From assembly GCA_015520605.1 (NCBI GenBank), contig WAPT01000001.1, positions 1 to 64,000 on the forward strand: 64,000 nucleotides of DNA, in the 5' to 3' direction. Shown piece by piece: positions 10,341 to 20,662 of this stretch. The translations under genes were made by a program, and so were the position numbers. Position 1 is the stretch's first letter, and every line of letters starts with the position of its first letter. Source of the DNA: Nanobdellati archaeon. Its GTDB lineage: Archaea; EX4484-52; WAPT01. The notes under the pieces are model-generated. The model was not told the origin of the DNA. It made no database searches and worked only from the letters and a program-made list of their open reading frames with translations.

Positions 10341-11483
10341 ATGAAAATAACCACGAGCATACCTAAACTTGATGAGCTTTTAGAGGGGGGTTTACCTGTC
10401 CATTCAACTGTGCTCCTGTTCGCGGATCCTCTCGCAGACGCGGCAACTTTCGCGCAGCAAATACTCTCCCACAGACTGGAGGAAGAAGATGTGGGAATAT
10501 ATTTGAGTACTAACAAGCTTCCAAAAGATGTTGAGAACAATATGTATAAACATGGGTTCAAAACACAGGAAATAATTTTCATAGACTGTCTGTCTTTCAC
10601 CTTGAAAAGGAAAAGTGATGCAAAATATACTCTTGATGAGATTATAACCAGCGGTAGGCCTGCATGGGAGAAAACAAAGGAGTTGTGGAAGAAGGCCATT
10701 CAGGAAGAGAAGGGTCAGAAACTAGCAGTCTGGGACTGTCTTGAAACATTCATGGGATTCGTGGATGAAATAATAGAGTTTGTTAAGGAATGTAAAAAGT
10801 TGAATGAAGAAAACAAAACAACATCTGTATTTATCCTTACAAACTGGGGTTATGATCCCAAAGATATCGAGAGGTTAAAGGAATCTTTTGACCTGGTTAT
10901 AGATCTCGCCACAGTATCGAAAAAACTCATGTATCTGAACTACTACAAAGTGGATCACAAGCCTGCGATACCCTTCAAAATCACTCTGACAGGAGTCACT
11001 CTCTACATACCAAAGATATTGATTACGGGGCCTTACAATGCAGGGAAGTCCACAATGGTTAAGGCTCTTTCGGAGACCGCAGTGAGCATAGACAGGTTGG
11101 GTACAACCATAGCCTTGGATCACGGATATGTGGAAAAGAAGGGGTTTGCCTGTAATATTTTTGGCACCCCGGGTCAGGAAAGATTCGACTGGATAATGGA
11201 AGTCCTCTCTAGGGATGTGTGGGGTGTGATACTTATTGTGGATTCGACCAAACCGGAATCATTTCCCAGAGCGCTGGAAATGTTGGAAAAGGTAAAGAAG
11301 GAGAACATCCCGTTCATAGTGTTTGCAAACAAGCAGGACTTGGAGGGTGCACTTCCGCCTGAAGAAATAAAAGAAAGGCTTGGTGTTCCCATAGTGATCG
11401 GGGGATCCGCGAAAACAGGAGAAAATGTAGAAAAAGCTCTAATAACCTTATTTGAAGAAATCCTTAAAAGGAGAGTGTTTTGA
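10341..11483 (+). CDS. Fusion of an inactivated KaiC/RAD55-like domain with an MglA-like small GTPase
   Basis: N-terminus TSIPKLDELLEGGLP with a degenerate Walker A (ADPLADAAT). C-terminus has G1 GPYNAGKST, G2 TTIALD, G3 FGTPGQERF, G4 NKQD and G5 SAK. Confidence 0.9.
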   Translation: MKITTSIPKLDELLEGGLPVHSTVLLFADPLADAATFAQQILSHRLEEEDVGIYLSTNKLPKDVENNMYKHGFKTQEIIFIDCLSFTLKRKSDAKYTLDEIITSGRPAWEKTKELWKKAIQEEKGQKLAVWDCLETFMGFVDEIIEFVKECKKLNEENKTTSVFILTNWGYDPKDIERLKESFDLVIDLATVSKKLMYLNYYKVDHKPAIPFKITLTGVTLYIPKILITGPYNAGKSTMVKALSETAVSIDRLGTTIALDHGYVEKKGFACNIFGTPGQERFDWIMEVLSRDVWGVILIVDSTKPESFPRALEMLEKVKKENIPFIVFANKQDLEGALPPEEIKERLGVPIVIGGSAKTGENVEKALITLFEEILKRRVF

Positions 11484-11558
11484 CCTTCCAAAAATCTTTA
11501 AATAATCCAAAAACCACAGTTTATACTGTACTTCAAAAATCAAAGGAGGGGTTGAAAG

Positions 11559-11933
11559 ATGCCTAAGGAAGAAGAATTGAAGGAAGCACTCTCAGATCTC
11601 AAAAATGTTTCAGGTGTGGTGGGAAATGCTGTTGTGACTCCTGATGGCTTGCTTGTATTTTCAGATCTTCCAGAGACAGTAAACAAGAGGGCTCTAGCAG
11701 CAATGGCAGCGGCTATTGTGGGTACGGGCATGCAGGTGACTAAAGAGCTTAACATTGGAGCTTTAAGCCAAGTAATGGTGGACGCTCAAGAGGGTAAATT
11801 CATCTCCATTAGTGTAGGTTCTGATGAAGATTCTCCGATTCTCTCAACGCTCGTCCAGCCGAAAGCGAACTTAGGTTTGGTATTGCTGGAAATGGAAAAG
11901 GCGGCGAAAAAAATCCAGAAAATCATGGCATGA
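11559..11933 (+). CDS. Roadblock/LC7 (MglB-like) protein
   Basis: VVTPDGL, LAAMAAAI and ANLGLV motifs. 124 aa, adjacent to the GTPase. SD AGGAGGG and a separate TATA (TTTAAATA, 11497-11504). Confidence 0.92.
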   Translation: MPKEEELKEALSDLKNVSGVVGNAVVTPDGLLVFSDLPETVNKRALAAMAAAIVGTGMQVTKELNIGALSQVMVDAQEGKFISISVGSDEDSPILSTLVQPKANLGLVLLEMEKAAKKIQKIMA

Positions 11934-12600
11934 CCTCTATTCCGCTTTCACTTATTTTGAATTTAAGAGTTATTGGTAGGTTTCTCGTTTCCCTCATTCT
12001 GTTTATTTTTAACAGTCTTATATCATTCTCCATAATGAAATTTATCGTTCCGTCTGTAAGGCTGTTAAGGGCTGTGACGACGTCTGGTGTGTGCATACCC
12101 TCCTCCACGGCTATCAGTATGGTCATGCCTGCTCCTTTCAGCCTGGCAGATAGCATGGAAATGAATCTCAGACAGAGGTCTTTCGGCACGAAGAGGAACA
12201 TGGTCGAAAGTGAGTCCATCACAACCCTTTTCACATTCTGATTTCTCATTTCCGTCAGGGCCTTTGTTACAGCTATGGTGAAGTTGGTGAGATTTGCTGG
12301 ATTGACCACCTCCTTTCCCTCTTCAACCCCCATCTGCCAAGAATATGCGTCTATAAACTTCAGAGGCTTCCCGTTTACATCCCACCCAAAAGATTTCATG
12401 CTGTTGATTATTTCCTCGGGAGATGCATTAAGAGTGATGTGTATTGCTCCCTCCCCATTCTTTAGTCCCTCATAAATGAACTGGTTACAGAAGGTTGTCT
12501 TACCTGCCCCAGGCACTCCCACGAGGAGTATGGATGCTCTTTCCGGTAGTCCACCACCCATAGCTTCGTCGAGCTTCTGAATTCCGGTGGCTATTCTCAT
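11923..12600 (-). CDS. Single-domain KaiC/RAD55-like RecA-superfamily ATPase
   Basis: TGIQKLDEAMGGGLP, Walker A GVPGAGKT, FIDAYS, Walker B VVMDS and the RMR arginine-finger region. Confidence 0.9.
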   Translation of the reverse strand: MRIATGIQKLDEAMGGGLPERASILLVGVPGAGKTTFCNQFIYEGLKNGEGAIHITLNASPEEIINSMKSFGWDVNGKPLKFIDAYSWQMGVEEGKEVVNPANLTNFTIAVTKALTEMRNQNVKRVVMDSLSTMFLFVPKDLCLRFISMLSARLKGAGMTILIAVEEGMHTPDVVTALNSLTDGTINFIMENDIRLLKINRMRETRNLPITLKFKISESGIEVMP

Positions 12601-12748
12601 ATCATCACCTCTGCAAGAGGAGTTAGCTCCTTCATCATTTTTATGATTTTCATCTTTTTTTATGATTTAATGTTTTCATAATAAAAGTATATAAATAAGT
12701 TCCCGATTCAAACTGAATACAACCGACTGCCATCTCCGCAACTGGGAG

Positions 12749-14011
12749 GTGATACATATTGCGAAAGTGAGCGTAACAAGCTTCGTGTGCGAATCCATGA
12801 TACCAGCAGTGGAGATCATGGCGTCAAAAATACTTGCCGATGGCCACGAAATAGTTAAGGAGGAACATGCAGATATAGTGATTGTGGCAAGCTGCGCCCT
12901 CACACGGGAAATGATAAGGAAGTGCCTGTCGAGGGCACAGCAGGCAAGTACAATGGGTAAAAATGTTCTGATTATTGGCTGTCTCCCCGAAATAGGCGAG
13001 GAAAACATACTTGGGGTTGTGCCCTCGGCCAGCATTGCCGGAGTGAACTCCTTCCACCACATCGAAGATATTCTCAAAAAGATGGAGGAAGGATACAGGG
13101 TAAGGAGATTGAACGATCCACCAAGAATGCCCTTAAGTACCGTTATGTGGAGACGTGTAAATCCCCTCACCGCTTACATACCGACCGGGGAGGGCTGTTC
13201 CAGACGATGTGAGTTCTGCATCTGCAGGATAACCAGAGGATCGCAGATATCTTATCCTCCGGAGAGCATAATAAATGCTGTTGCGAAAGCTGTTGAAAAT
13301 AATGCAAGAGAGATTGTGCTCGTTTCCGAAGATGCTGGAGCATACGGAAGGGATATGGGAATAACGCTGCCTTCCCTGTTAAGAAAGATATTCACAATAA
13401 AAGGCGATTTCAAAATACGGTTGGGATACATAAACCCTGCGTCTATTTTGCCGTACTTTGATGATCTTCTATCCTGTCTTTCCCACCCGAAGATGTACAG
13501 ATTTATGCATCTCAATATTCAGTCCGCCTCCCAGAAAGTTCTTGAGAGTATGAAAAGGGACTACACTCCGGAGGATGTTGCAATGATTTTCAACAGGATC
13601 AGAAAGGAGTTTAATGGCTTTACGATAATAAGCGATATCCTTGTGGGTCATCCCGCCGAGAACGATGAGGACTTCGAGGAAACTGTAGAATTCCTCAAAA
13701 AGCTCAAGCCAGACTCCATTAACGTTTACGCCTACTCCCCTCACAGGGGTGGTGAGGGTAGCTTACAACCCTCCTGGAAGGTCAAGCAGAGATATGAAGA
13801 GATGCTCGCTCTCAAATCCCGGCTTGAAATTGAGAGTTCAAAAAGATGGATAGGGTGGAGAGGTGAGGTTACAATAATTCAAAACGATGGCAACATGGCT
13901 CTAGGAAGGAATTATGCTTATCGGGATGTCGTATTCAAAAGTTCTCTTACACCCGGGGAGAAAACCAAGGTGGAAATAAAAAACCATAAAGGCTACACGC
14001 TATTAGCCTGA
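12749..14011 (+). CDS. MiaB-like tRNA methylthiotransferase (archaeal MtaB/CDKAL1 type)
   Basis: N-terminal UPF0004 Cys residues (VC, ASC, IGC), radical SAM GCSRRCEFC, SEDAGAYG, QSAS, SDILVGHP and a short TRAM-like C-terminus. Confidence 0.82.
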   Translation: MIHIAKVSVTSFVCESMIPAVEIMASKILADGHEIVKEEHADIVIVASCALTREMIRKCLSRAQQASTMGKNVLIIGCLPEIGEENILGVVPSASIAGVNSFHHIEDILKKMEEGYRVRRLNDPPRMPLSTVMWRRVNPLTAYIPTGEGCSRRCEFCICRITRGSQISYPPESIINAVAKAVENNAREIVLVSEDAGAYGRDMGITLPSLLRKIFTIKGDFKIRLGYINPASILPYFDDLLSCLSHPKMYRFMHLNIQSASQKVLESMKRDYTPEDVAMIFNRIRKEFNGFTIISDILVGHPAENDEDFEETVEFLKKLKPDSINVYAYSPHRGGEGSLQPSWKVKQRYEEMLALKSRLEIESSKRWIGWRGEVTIIQNDGNMALGRNYAYRDVVFKSSLTPGEKTKVEIKNHKGYTLLA

Positions 14012-15867
14012 AGCTTCCTCTTTACTGTTTCCGCGACCTCCCTGCCGTCAGCCCTTCCTTGAAGTTTTTTCATGACTTCCCCCATCACCGCTTTAAAGTT
14101 TGCAGGTATCTTCCCTTCATTTATTATTTCATCCACAACTCTCTCTATCTCCTCGCGTGATGCTTTGAGAAGGTTCTTTTCTCTTACTATAGTCTCCGGA
14201 CGTTTCCCTTCGATGACACAATACTTGATTATCAGAGGCACGGAGTCCCTGCTTATCTTTCCATCGTTCAGGAGTTCGAGCAACTCTAAGATATCATCGT
14301 CGCTCAGCAAACTAACGTCAACACCTTCCCTGCTTTTAACCTCAGGGATAGTATTGACGAGTATTGCGGCTATTGTCTTTGCACTCAGATTTGAGAATGT
14401 TTCGATGGCCTTCTCAAAAAGATAAAAGTAGTCTGAGTTCAAAAGCTGGTTCGCGAGCTCCTTCCCAAGTCCGAGCGAAATGAACTCCTTGATTTTTTCC
14501 TCCGGCGTTTTAGGAAGGGATGCTCTCATCTCCTCTATCAAGTCGTTGGAAATGAAGACGGGAGGCACGTCTGTTTCTGGATACATCCTTGCAGCTCCAG
14601 GTAGAGGTCTCATGTATGCTGTGTCTCCGTTCTCAAGAGCGCGTCTTGTCTCTTCTGGAACGCGCTGCTGAAGTAGGAGTACTCTCTCTCTCACAACTTC
14701 CAGAGCTTTCTCGGCTTCTCCTCTCTCCTCCTCGCTATTGTAGACCACCATTACAACGAGGTCATCATCACTGCATTCCATTTTTTTCATGAGGGCTGTT
14801 ATCTCTTCCTTGCTGATGCGATACTTTTCCAACTTTTCGTCGGTGTGGATTATCCCTTTCATTTTCGTTTTTGCTTTCACGTAGTCGGCAACTTCCCTCC
14901 CAACAGTTCTGAAAGAATTCAACTCTCTGACAAAATAGCCAGCCATCCCCTCTATTTTCATTGCGAGGACCTTCTTACCTCTGACGATCCTGCTTTGAGA
15001 AGTTGTGAACACATCGCTAACATCAACGAAGAATGAGAACTTTATTTCCCTCTTTTTCAGCTCTTCCACGAGCTTTATCAGGCTGAGCTGCCTTTTGACT
15101 TCTTCCTTAACAAGACTCTCCAGAATGGAAAGATCCTGCACACCCTTAACTTCAATCCTGGCTCCTCCTTTCACCGATATGTTCACATCCTGTCTTATGC
15201 TCCCTATACCTCTCATCACCTTACCTGTGAGTCTCAACAACGTTCCGAGGGTTCTTGCGGCTTCCACCACTTTTTGCGGGGTGTCAAGCACAGGTGCTGT
15301 TGCTATCTCTATGAGAGGTATCCCGAGTCTGTTGAGCCCGTAAAGAACATGGTCATCGCCTTTCTCCAGAATTTGCGCGCTCTCCTCTTCAAGACATATC
15401 GTGGTTATGGGCACTTCTCCAAAGCTACACTTTAGCCTGCCATCCATACCTATCATAGCTGTCCTCTGGAACCCGCTGGTGTTGGAGCCATCTATAACTA
15501 TCTTCCTCATGAAGTGCACCTCATCAACAATCTCCGCGTCAAGTAAAAGCGCTATCTCAAGGGCTATGCGTAGCGCTTCCTCATTTACGTTATGTGGTGG
15601 CTCCTCGTCACACTCTACAAGGCATGAGCTTTTCCTGTACATCCTGTAAATGTACCTTCTACCCTTCTGAAACTCGTGAAGCGCTGCTGGATCTATCTCT
15701 CCAAGCTCGCTTTTACTCACCCTCAAATACCTGAAAAACTCGCCGTCACTTTCGTCTTCAAGCAAGGATTGGCAGTTACAGAAGAGCTTCCTCGTTTTCA
15801 GTCTGCGGTGGATCTCAATCCCGCATTTCAATCCAACGGAACTGTAATCAATATCTTCCACGCCCAT
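13993..15867 (-). CDS. gatE: Glu-tRNA(Gln) amidotransferase subunit E
   Basis: GLKCGIEIH, KLFCNC, RKIVIDGSNTSGFQRT, RQDVNIS, RPLPGAARMYPETD. Confidence 0.97.
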   Translation of the reverse strand: MGVEDIDYSSVGLKCGIEIHRRLKTRKLFCNCQSLLEDESDGEFFRYLRVSKSELGEIDPAALHEFQKGRRYIYRMYRKSSCLVECDEEPPHNVNEEALRIALEIALLLDAEIVDEVHFMRKIVIDGSNTSGFQRTAMIGMDGRLKCSFGEVPITTICLEEESAQILEKGDDHVLYGLNRLGIPLIEIATAPVLDTPQKVVEAARTLGTLLRLTGKVMRGIGSIRQDVNISVKGGARIEVKGVQDLSILESLVKEEVKRQLSLIKLVEELKKREIKFSFFVDVSDVFTTSQSRIVRGKKVLAMKIEGMAGYFVRELNSFRTVGREVADYVKAKTKMKGIIHTDEKLEKYRISKEEITALMKKMECSDDDLVVMVVYNSEEERGEAEKALEVVRERVLLLQQRVPEETRRALENGDTAYMRPLPGAARMYPETDVPPVFISNDLIEEMRASLPKTPEEKIKEFISLGLGKELANQLLNSDYFYLFEKAIETFSNLSAKTIAAILVNTIPEVKSREGVDVSLLSDDDILELLELLNDGKISRDSVPLIIKYCVIEGKRPETIVREKNLLKASREEIERVVDEIINEGKIPANFKAVMGEVMKKLQGRADGREVAETVKRKLQANSV

Positions 15868-15891
15868 TTCGCTTCACCGTGCTTTCCAGAT

Positions 15892-16464
15892 TCAGCTTAT
15901 TGCCTTCGCCACCTCCTCAAGGAACTTTTTCGCAAGCTCATGACTCTCTTTAGCGAGCTCCTTGCTCCTCTCAAAAAACAACGAGCCATACGCTCTGGAA
16001 ATGAACTTGGATGCGTTCCTTAAAATATCTGCCGAATCCCTGTAAGTTGGAAGTCTGGATGCTGTGATTATGAATTTTATCAGTCCGTGAGGGGAACATC
16101 TCTCCACATTTTCAGCATCACTAACAACTCTCTCTTCCAAACTCTCAGGCATGCCTTCTTGTGCCCATACTCTGAAGTCGTGCTTTTTTATCGCGCTGCA
16201 TATTGCGGCTCTCCTATCAGCAGAGACACTCAAATCCTTCAGAATTCGTTCTGCTGCTACAGCGCTTTCCTCAGCATGGGTCATTACATTTTTGCCATCA
16301 AAAGCAACATCATGGAGAAGGGCAGCCACCCTCACAATCGTTTTGTTTGCTCCGACACTTTCTGCAATCTCTTCGGCAAGCTCCATCACTCTGAGCGCGT
16401 GAGGGTAACCGAAAAGAGCGTCATGCCCAAGTCTAGCCTTCACTATACGGTGTAGCTCTTCCAT
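15892..16464 (-). CDS. HD-domain phosphohydrolase
   Basis: H...HALRV...AALLHD...KKH...SDAE. Immediately upstream of gatE on the same strand. Confidence 0.8.
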   Translation of the reverse strand: MEELHRIVKARLGHDALFGYPHALRVMELAEEIAESVGANKTIVRVAALLHDVAFDGKNVMTHAEESAVAAERILKDLSVSADRRAAICSAIKKHDFRVWAQEGMPESLEERVVSDAENVERCSPHGLIKFIITASRLPTYRDSADILRNASKFISRAYGSLFFERSKELAKESHELAKKFLEEVAKAIS

Positions 16465-16705
16465 AGCTTAGCTAAAGGGGAGATAATTTAAAATGTATTT
16501 GGACATACCTTTTCTAGTTTACGGAGCAATAAAAATTTTAGAAGATTTAGAAAAACTTGTTTTAATTCTCACCTAAGAGTCCTAAAGTGATGATTCCATA
16601 TAGGAGTTGGATGTTTTCTTGAATGGGTGGAAGAAAAGTTCGAAACATCATACCTCAGAGCGGGGTGCGATTATCCAAGATTTATTAAAAAATTTTTGTT
16701 CTAAA

Positions 16706-18070
16706 ATGAAAGGCATGACCACTTATTCTAAAAGGGTCGAGGAGTTACTTGGAAAAGCTGGGGCTGATGAAGGAGACATTGTGAAGGTTGAGCTTAAAAC
16801 TGGAAAAACTTACGAAGGTCTGCTGATGCCGCGAACAGGCTTTGGCAATAAAGACTGTCTTATCTTGAAGCTCAAAAACGGTTACAACATAGGAATTCTT
16901 ATGGATAAAATCAAAAGCATCGAAGTTATTAAGAAAGCTGAGAAAAGAAAAGCAACACCCTCTACAAAATCCAGAAAAAAAACAGGTAGCAGGAAGTTAA
17001 AGAAGGTTTCCATACTCCATACCGGAGGCACGATAGCATCACGTGTGGATTATGAAACTGGAGGGGTTAAAGCTCTCTTCACTCCAGAAGACCTCATAGA
17101 TCTCTTCCCCGAAATTGAAAATTATGCTGAGATAAGCTCAAGACTCATAGCCAATGCCCTAAGTGAGAATCTGAGGTTTGAGCATTATAACATCATGATA
17201 GATGCGATAGTGGAGGAGATAAAGAAAGGTACGGATGGCATAATTCTGACTCACGGCACGGACACGATGGCTTATACCGCCTCAGCATTAGCTTTCGCGT
17301 TCGAGAACCTCCCTGTCCCGATAATTCTTGTGGGTGCGCAGCGCAGCTCGGACAGGCCGAGCAGTGATGCTGCCATTAACCTTATAGCTGCTGTGCAGTT
17401 TATAACCGGTACAGACTTCTGCGATGTGGGTATATGCATGCATGCAACAACCAGCGATGACTTCTGCCACATACTCCCAGCTTGCAAAACTCGTAAGATG
17501 CACACTTCAGCAAGGTATGCTTTTCAGGCCATAAACTCCCTACCATACGCTAAAGTGTGGCCGAAGGAAGAAAAAATAGAGTTTTTGAGGGACGATTACA
17601 GGAGAAGAAGCGATGTAAAGGACAAGCTAATCGTCAGAAAATTCAACCCTGCTGTGAAGGTGGGTGTTCTCAAAGCTCACCCAAACATGCTTCCGGAGGA
17701 AATAATGGTGTTTAAGGGCTTTGACGGCCTGGTTATAGAAGGTACTGGACTGGGACACATAGGGATAGAGAGCTTTGATGAGCACAGCAAGGAGAATGAG
17801 CGTGTGAGGGAAGCTCTGCAGGAGGTTATAAATAGTGGGGCTGTCGTTGTGATGACTTCCCAGTGTCTCCATGGTAGAGTTAATATGAACGTTTACAGCA
17901 CCGGCAGAAAGCTCGTTGAGATGGGGGTGCTCGGAAACCTCACGGACATGCTTCCCGAGGTTGCATTCATAAAGCTTGCATGGCTGCTCAGCAACTATCC
18001 GAAAGAAAGGGTAAAAGAGCTCTGGTACGAGAACCTGAGAGGGGAGATCTCCCATAGAACCCTGCAGTAA
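16706..18070 (+). CDS. gatD: Glu-tRNA(Gln) amidotransferase subunit D
   Basis: LKLKNGYNIG, TGGTIASRVDY, HGTDTM, GAQRSSDRPSSD. Start moved from TTG 16607 to ATG 16706 (or 16715) because TTTATTAA lies at 16681. Confidence 0.96.
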   Translation: MKGMTTYSKRVEELLGKAGADEGDIVKVELKTGKTYEGLLMPRTGFGNKDCLILKLKNGYNIGILMDKIKSIEVIKKAEKRKATPSTKSRKKTGSRKLKKVSILHTGGTIASRVDYETGGVKALFTPEDLIDLFPEIENYAEISSRLIANALSENLRFEHYNIMIDAIVEEIKKGTDGIILTHGTDTMAYTASALAFAFENLPVPIILVGAQRSSDRPSSDAAINLIAAVQFITGTDFCDVGICMHATTSDDFCHILPACKTRKMHTSARYAFQAINSLPYAKVWPKEEKIEFLRDDYRRRSDVKDKLIVRKFNPAVKVGVLKAHPNMLPEEIMVFKGFDGLVIEGTGLGHIGIESFDEHSKENERVREALQEVINSGAVVVMTSQCLHGRVNMNVYSTGRKLVEMGVLGNLTDMLPEVAFIKLAWLLSNYPKERVKELWYENLRGEISHRTLQ

Positions 18071-18074
18071 ATCA

Positions 18075-19511
18075 CTACTCAATTGTCTTTGCAAGGTATT
18101 TCTGGTAAGCGGAATAAAGGGCTCTCTTGCACACGCTTGTGTTTATGCACTCAAAGCCGAAGACATACTCAAGTGTTTTTTCATTAAAATAATCTTCAAG
18201 CTCTACTCCAAGCTTTCTTGCCGCAGCTATCCAACCTGTATAGCTCAGCCCGTACCTATATGCTTGGAGCAGCATCTTTCCAACCTTCTCATCTCCGATA
18301 CTAAGCAAGGTCTGTATGGCTGCTCTTTTGGGGTTGGTAAAGTGTGCTCTTACTCTAAGCTTTTTCCTCAACAGTTTGTTCCTTCCACTGAGAACATCCA
18401 CACCCTCAAAGGGTGCGAACTGCAGTGGTGTGTGCGGCTTTGGAATGAAGATGGAAAATGTGCACTTAACTCTCATCCCCGCAAGAGAGGAGCACAGGTT
18501 TACAAGATCGGCGCAAGCTTCAAGATCCTTGTCCTGCTCAGCGGGCAGACCCACCATAAAATAGAGTTTGAGATTTCTTGCTCCGCACAGCTTTGCTGTC
18601 CTCGCAGCCCTCAAAACATCCTCATCGCTGAACTTTTTGCCGAGCTCAAATCTTATCCTTTCGGAACTTTCCGGAGCGATTGTAATCGTTCTTGGCTTTA
18701 TCAGCTTTAGCACATCTCTATATTCGTGGATGTCCGAAACATGAATGGACGGCATGCCAATCTCATAACCCGCCTTACGAAGGTAGGTGATTATATCTGG
18801 TAATTCTGGATTTGAGAAGGGATCCGAGCCTATAAGCATTACCTTCTCAACACTTCCCTTCTTTACTCTACTCAAAGCTAACCTGATATCATCCAGACTT
18901 CTGTATCTGCACCTCCCTCTAGTCCATCCAATGAGGCAGAAGAGACATCTCCTTCTGCAACCTCTCTGCACCTCTATCATTACCGTTCCATCCACAGTGG
19001 CAAGAGGTGATCTCTCACCCTCCAGATCACATACTGCTGTCTTTATCTCACATCTCCCTTCATAAAAAACATTTTCATGCCACACCACCGTGTCCATAAT
19101 CTCTTGGAGTGTTAGGGTTCCCTTCCTTTCCTTCTTCTCCTTCAGAGTACGGAAAAGCGCCTCTCCATCTCCTATGAAAAAGAAATCAGCAACATGCTTT
19201 AACGGTAGAGGGTTGACTGTTGTTGGACCTCCAACAAGAAGTTTTGGAAAGTCTCTATTTTCCTTTTGAAGACTCAGCCCCCCTTTATCTATCATCTGAA
19301 GAAGTATCGGATAATTGTTCTCGTAGTGAGAGCTAACCATTATCAGCCTGTGTTCCGACATTAGCCCGAGGTTTATGGAGTCTGCAAAGTAAACCCTGCT
19401 TCTTATTCCGAGTCTCTCGAGTTCTTCTTGCAGGAAATGGATGGATAGCGCCTCTCTTCCGACTTTTTTCTCCGCTGGATAAATTATACCAACCACATCG
19501 TTCATTTTCAA
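18075..19511 (-). CDS. Radical SAM protein (B12-binding-like N-terminus), function unknown
   Basis: EVQRGCRRRCLFC, FIGDGE, TIAPES, KLYFMVGLP, FIPKPHTP. Confidence 0.85.
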   Translation of the reverse strand: MKMNDVVGIIYPAEKKVGREALSIHFLQEELERLGIRSRVYFADSINLGLMSEHRLIMVSSHYENNYPILLQMIDKGGLSLQKENRDFPKLLVGGPTTVNPLPLKHVADFFFIGDGEALFRTLKEKKERKGTLTLQEIMDTVVWHENVFYEGRCEIKTAVCDLEGERSPLATVDGTVMIEVQRGCRRRCLFCLIGWTRGRCRYRSLDDIRLALSRVKKGSVEKVMLIGSDPFSNPELPDIITYLRKAGYEIGMPSIHVSDIHEYRDVLKLIKPRTITIAPESSERIRFELGKKFSDEDVLRAARTAKLCGARNLKLYFMVGLPAEQDKDLEACADLVNLCSSLAGMRVKCTFSIFIPKPHTPLQFAPFEGVDVLSGRNKLLRKKLRVRAHFTNPKRAAIQTLLSIGDEKVGKMLLQAYRYGLSYTGWIAAARKLGVELEDYFNEKTLEYVFGFECINTSVCKRALYSAYQKYLAKTIE

Positions 19512-19535
19512 TGATTTTTCAAGTAAATTTTAATT

Positions 19536-20246
19536 TCAGCTCGCTTCTCTTGTTTCCAGCTCGAGATAATCAGCATAGCTGGGGAGGGTTATGAGAAGTT
19601 CAAACTCCGTATCATTGACCACAAGATGTGCTATCACCCTTCCTCGCGGTAGATTATTTCCGTACATTTCGGCATAAATATAGCCTGTAGCATTTTCAAA
19701 CACACTATCCACAAGGACCCTCACCGTGCCATTAAACGTAACGTTTTCCTTTAACAGTTTTACACCTGCGATGATCCTGCTCATATTTATCTGCTGCCAG
19801 TTATCGGGGGTTCCTGCCTTGGTTATGTTCACCTCAAGATATGAGTTCCTCATTGTGATCACATTCCCATTATCCACCACACTAACATCGTCACCTTCCG
19901 CTATTATGATGTTCCCTTCCCGAATCATAGCACTCCTTGCCACAAGCGGAGTGTCTGTTTTCATCCTGAACTCTATTAGATTTGAGCGGTTATCAATGAT
20001 CAGCACACCCCTCCTTATAACCAGCGGGACAACTCTGGTGGAACCCTTACCTTCAGCGATGATTTCCTGGAGCGATGTCGCGAGATCATGCATCATGGTC
20101 TTAGCACTTTCAAACGCCGCTTTGTCCCTAAGTGATTGAACGTAGGGAGTTATCGTGCTTATTAGGATTGCTATCACAACGATTGCGATGGTCATGTAGA
20201 GCGTTCCCGCAAGAAGGGGCGATACAGCCTTTCTTTTTCTCAGCAT
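19536..20246 (-). CDS. Type IV pilin-like protein
   Basis: Class III signal MLRKRKA|VSPLLAGTLYMTIAIVVIAILI and a GKGSTR motif after the long helix. Confidence 0.8.
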   Translation of the reverse strand: MLRKRKAVSPLLAGTLYMTIAIVVIAILISTITPYVQSLRDKAAFESAKTMMHDLATSLQEIIAEGKGSTRVVPLVIRRGVLIIDNRSNLIEFRMKTDTPLVARSAMIREGNIIIAEGDDVSVVDNGNVITMRNSYLEVNITKAGTPDNWQQINMSRIIAGVKLLKENVTFNGTVRVLVDSVFENATGYIYAEMYGNNLPRGRVIAHLVVNDTEFELLITLPSYADYLELETREAS

Positions 20247-20372
20247 GATTTTTTGTTAGATTCCAACAAATATATGTGTATGTGTATTCGCGCTCAGAGT
20301 GATCTTCACGATCAATCAAGAATTGATGGCAAGGTCGCAGCTGCTGAGATTCCGGAAATGCAAGTCCGTTTT

Positions 20373-20597
20373 TCACTTCACATGGATATCGACAATTTCA
20401 CCCAGCCGGATCACAGATTTTATTATTTCTGACTTGTCGGTAAAAAGGCTTACCATTCCGTCCCTGTGTTTCTTTAATACAATCTCCACTCGTTTTTCCA
20501 CCGGACTGGCAAACACAGTTCCGTTGGGAAGCTCTATTTTTTCGTAACCTTCCAGTTCCAGCTCCGGTTCATTCTTCAGCACAATCTCCACGATCAT
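20373..20597 (-). CDS. Small hypothetical protein (74 aa)
   Basis: Protein-like composition. A minus-strand TTTATAA lies about 24 nt upstream (20621-20627). Confidence 0.65.
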   Translation of the reverse strand: MIVEIVLKNEPELELEGYEKIELPNGTVFASPVEKRVEIVLKKHRDGMVSLFTDKSEIIKSVIRLGEIVDIHVK

Positions 20598-20662
20598 TAA
20601 CTTTACTAGTAGTTAAACGTTTATAAAGATTTTAAATATTTCACACGCAACCCGCGGATCTC

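Noticed and set aside
10341-12600. Circadian KaiABC clock
   Set aside because: The KaiC-like units are single-domain and no kaiA or kaiB is present. They fit archaeal RAD55/ArlH-like regulators.
16587-16680. Box C motif GTGATGA in the HD/gatD gap as a C/D sRNA
   Set aside because: No CTGA D box at a suitable distance and no terminal stem.
16607-16705. 33-aa N-terminal extension of GatD from TTG 16607
   Set aside because: It is non-homologous and contains the likely TATA box. ATG 16706 or 16715 fits better.
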